DNA of 64,000 nt from Polyangia bacterium. Lineage in GTDB: Bacteria; Myxococcota_A; Polyangia; JAAYKL01. Below the pieces are notes generated by a model. It made no database searches. It was given only the letters and a program-made list of their open reading frames with translations, and was not told the DNA's origin. Position numbers and translations under genes: made by a program. This document shows positions 62,432 to 64,000 of the stretch, piece by piece (position 1 is the stretch's first letter; every line of letters starts with the position of its first letter). The stretch covers positions 700-64,699 of the forward strand of contig JBNLED010000235.1 of assembly GCA_050304755.1 (NCBI GenBank). Direction: 5' to 3'.

Positions 62432-62872
62432 CTATTCTCTAGGCGAAATAATCTCGACGAGCTTCGGCACATAGCGGGGGTCGTCGCCGAGGCGGCGGCC
62501 GATCAGCCGGCTCAGCCCCAGACCGACCAGGAGCCCGGCCGCGGCGCCGAGGAGCGCCGAGAGGTCCTCCCCCGGGCCGATCCGGTTGCCGGCGAGGGCG
62601 CCCCCGATGAGGGTCGCCGCCGGGATCAGGTAGACCGCCGCGGAGGCCTTGAGGACGTTCACCTCGGGGAGGGCCAGCACCACCGTGTCGCCGGGCTTCG
62701 CGTCCAGGGTGTTCTCCACCCGGAGCTCCACCGCTTTGGCCTTTCCCCCGAGGGTGCGGCAGGCGCCCTCCGCCTCGCAGCCGTGGCACGCGTCCGCCCG
62801 CTCGATCCGGACGTAGATATGATGCGCCTCCGCGCGGACGACCACCCCCGCCTCCTTGCAGACATGGCTCAT
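62432..62872 (-). CDS. rseC: SoxR-reducing system RseC/MucC family protein
   Basis: EAGVV..CHGC...C, AKPGDTVVL, AAVYLIP and two TM helices. Confidence 0.85.
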   Translation of the reverse strand: MSHVCKEAGVVVRAEAHHIYVRIERADACHGCEAEGACRTLGGKAKAVELRVENTLDAKPGDTVVLALPEVNVLKASAAVYLIPAATLIGGALAGNRIGPGEDLSALLGAAAGLLVGLGLSRLIGRRLGDDPRYVPKLVEIISPRE

Positions 62873-63957
62873 GGTTCACCGACCTTCGGGAGGGGCACCG
62901 CCCACGCCACCCCGGCCTCTCGCAGGCGCTCCCGGACCTCTCGCAGATCGGCGTCGAGGCCGCCGCCGGTCTCCCCCCGGGCGCCCGCCGCCTCGAGGAG
63001 CGCGGCGGCGGCCACCACCTTTCCCTGCTTCAGGAACGCGTGCCCGAGATCCCGCATCACCTCCGCCTCCGGCTGTCCCAGGGCCAGGGCCCGCTTCAAC
63101 AATCCGATGGCCACCCCGTACTCCCCCTTCAGGTTCATCTGCCGCCCCAGATTCCGGAGGAGCCGCCCCGCGGAGGGTCCCTCCCGCACCAGCATCAGCC
63201 CGAGCTTGTAAAGCTCCTCGGACCAGGTCCCCGTCTCCAGCTTCTCCAGGGCCTCCCCCAGGAGGGCGATCCCCTCGCCGATGAGGGAGAGCTGTTCGGG
63301 GTTGAGCTGACTACCCACCGGGGTCTTGGGGAGCATCGTGAGGAGCCCCGGCCACGACGACAGCACGGAGACGACCTTGTGGGAGTTTCCCTCCACCGCG
63401 GCATTGCGGGCCTTCTCCACCGCCATCAGATCGAGGGAGAACGATCGCTCGGCCATCCCGGCGAGGTCCCGCCGGAGGTTGACGCGTATTGTCTCGAGGA
63501 AGACGTCGAGCGAGACGACCTCCAGATCGTCCGGCGTGCGGTAGACGACCAGGTACCGGGGAGACGCGGGATCGAGGCTCGCCAGGAAGATCCGGTCGAG
63601 GGATATGTCGAACAGCGGGGCGACCAGCAGGTTCTTGGCACCCAGCAGCCCGATGGCCGCCTCGGTCTCGAAGGGGAGCCTGGGCACGTACGCCGGCCGG
63701 TGCTCGTGCAGAAGCGCCTGCACCACCTGGAGGCGGAAATCCCCGAGGCTGAGCACCTGCTCCTCGTCGTCGTTCAGGGTGAAGTGGATTGCCGTGTTGA
63801 GGGGGGACTTCGGGTCCACGTTCAGGGCTCGGATTTGAATCCCCAATATGAAAGCGTAGGCCAGAAAGCGCTCCCCCAGCACCCGTTTGAGGGCGTCGAA
63901 CTGGGGGATGTGGACCTTGAGCTTCTCGAACCACCCGTCGGTGTGGTGGTTCATCAT
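62869..63957 (-). CDS. Hypothetical protein with C-terminal TPRs (may extend beyond the window)
   Basis: TPR-like GEYGVAIGLLKRALALG..LGHAFLKQGK; the frame stays open to the window edge; ATGA overlap with rseC. Confidence 0.65.
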   Translation of the reverse strand: MMNHHTDGWFEKLKVHIPQFDALKRVLGERFLAYAFILGIQIRALNVDPKSPLNTAIHFTLNDDEEQVLSLGDFRLQVVQALLHEHRPAYVPRLPFETEAAIGLLGAKNLLVAPLFDISLDRIFLASLDPASPRYLVVYRTPDDLEVVSLDVFLETIRVNLRRDLAGMAERSFSLDLMAVEKARNAAVEGNSHKVVSVLSSWPGLLTMLPKTPVGSQLNPEQLSLIGEGIALLGEALEKLETGTWSEELYKLGLMLVREGPSAGRLLRNLGRQMNLKGEYGVAIGLLKRALALGQPEAEVMRDLGHAFLKQGKVVAAAALLEAAGARGETGGGLDADLREVRERLREAGVAWAVPLPKVGEP

Positions 63958-64000
63958 CAGGACCTCCGCGCCGCACCGCTCGAAGTAGTCGAAGCCGTTG

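Overview
GC-rich bacterial DNA; the gene repertoire (sigma54 activators, ECF/FecR-TPR pairs, mitochondrial-type aconitase) suggests a Myxococcota/deltaproteobacterial-like organism (inference). The window has two halves. (1) About 1-32 kb is a stress/metabolism region: Pat acetyltransferase, STAS-like protein, two methyltransferases, DAG-kinase-like protein, PfkA, YHS proteins, two HPF/RaiA paralogs, a sensor-less sigma54 activator, MscS, GroES/GroEL, cardiolipin synthase-like PLD, aconitase, an XPB-like helicase plus DUF790, a CusCBA-type efflux operon and NorR plus Ric. Almost every transcription unit here carries a sigma54 -24/-12 promoter (13 found by eye). (2) About 33-62.4 kb is a plant-polysaccharide (hemicellulose/pectin) locus without SusC/D. 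It has ten predicted lipoproteins; in nine of them a lipobox is followed by an alternating (Asp-X)n stalk of about 27-147 aa. The domains behind the stalk or linker are DUF4832, CBM11+GH5, two CE1 esterases, GH105, GH31, GH54, a beta-helix, CBM+Ig and GH43. The locus also holds a porin-like gene, an aldehyde dehydrogenase and an ECF/anti-sigma pair. Many junctions carry short gene remnants (dnaK, lipase, aconitase, czcA, SNF2, RAYT, group II intron, esterase, C-type lectin). No rRNA, tRNA or CRISPR array was recognised. All family calls rest on motif recognition by eye, not on database searches.
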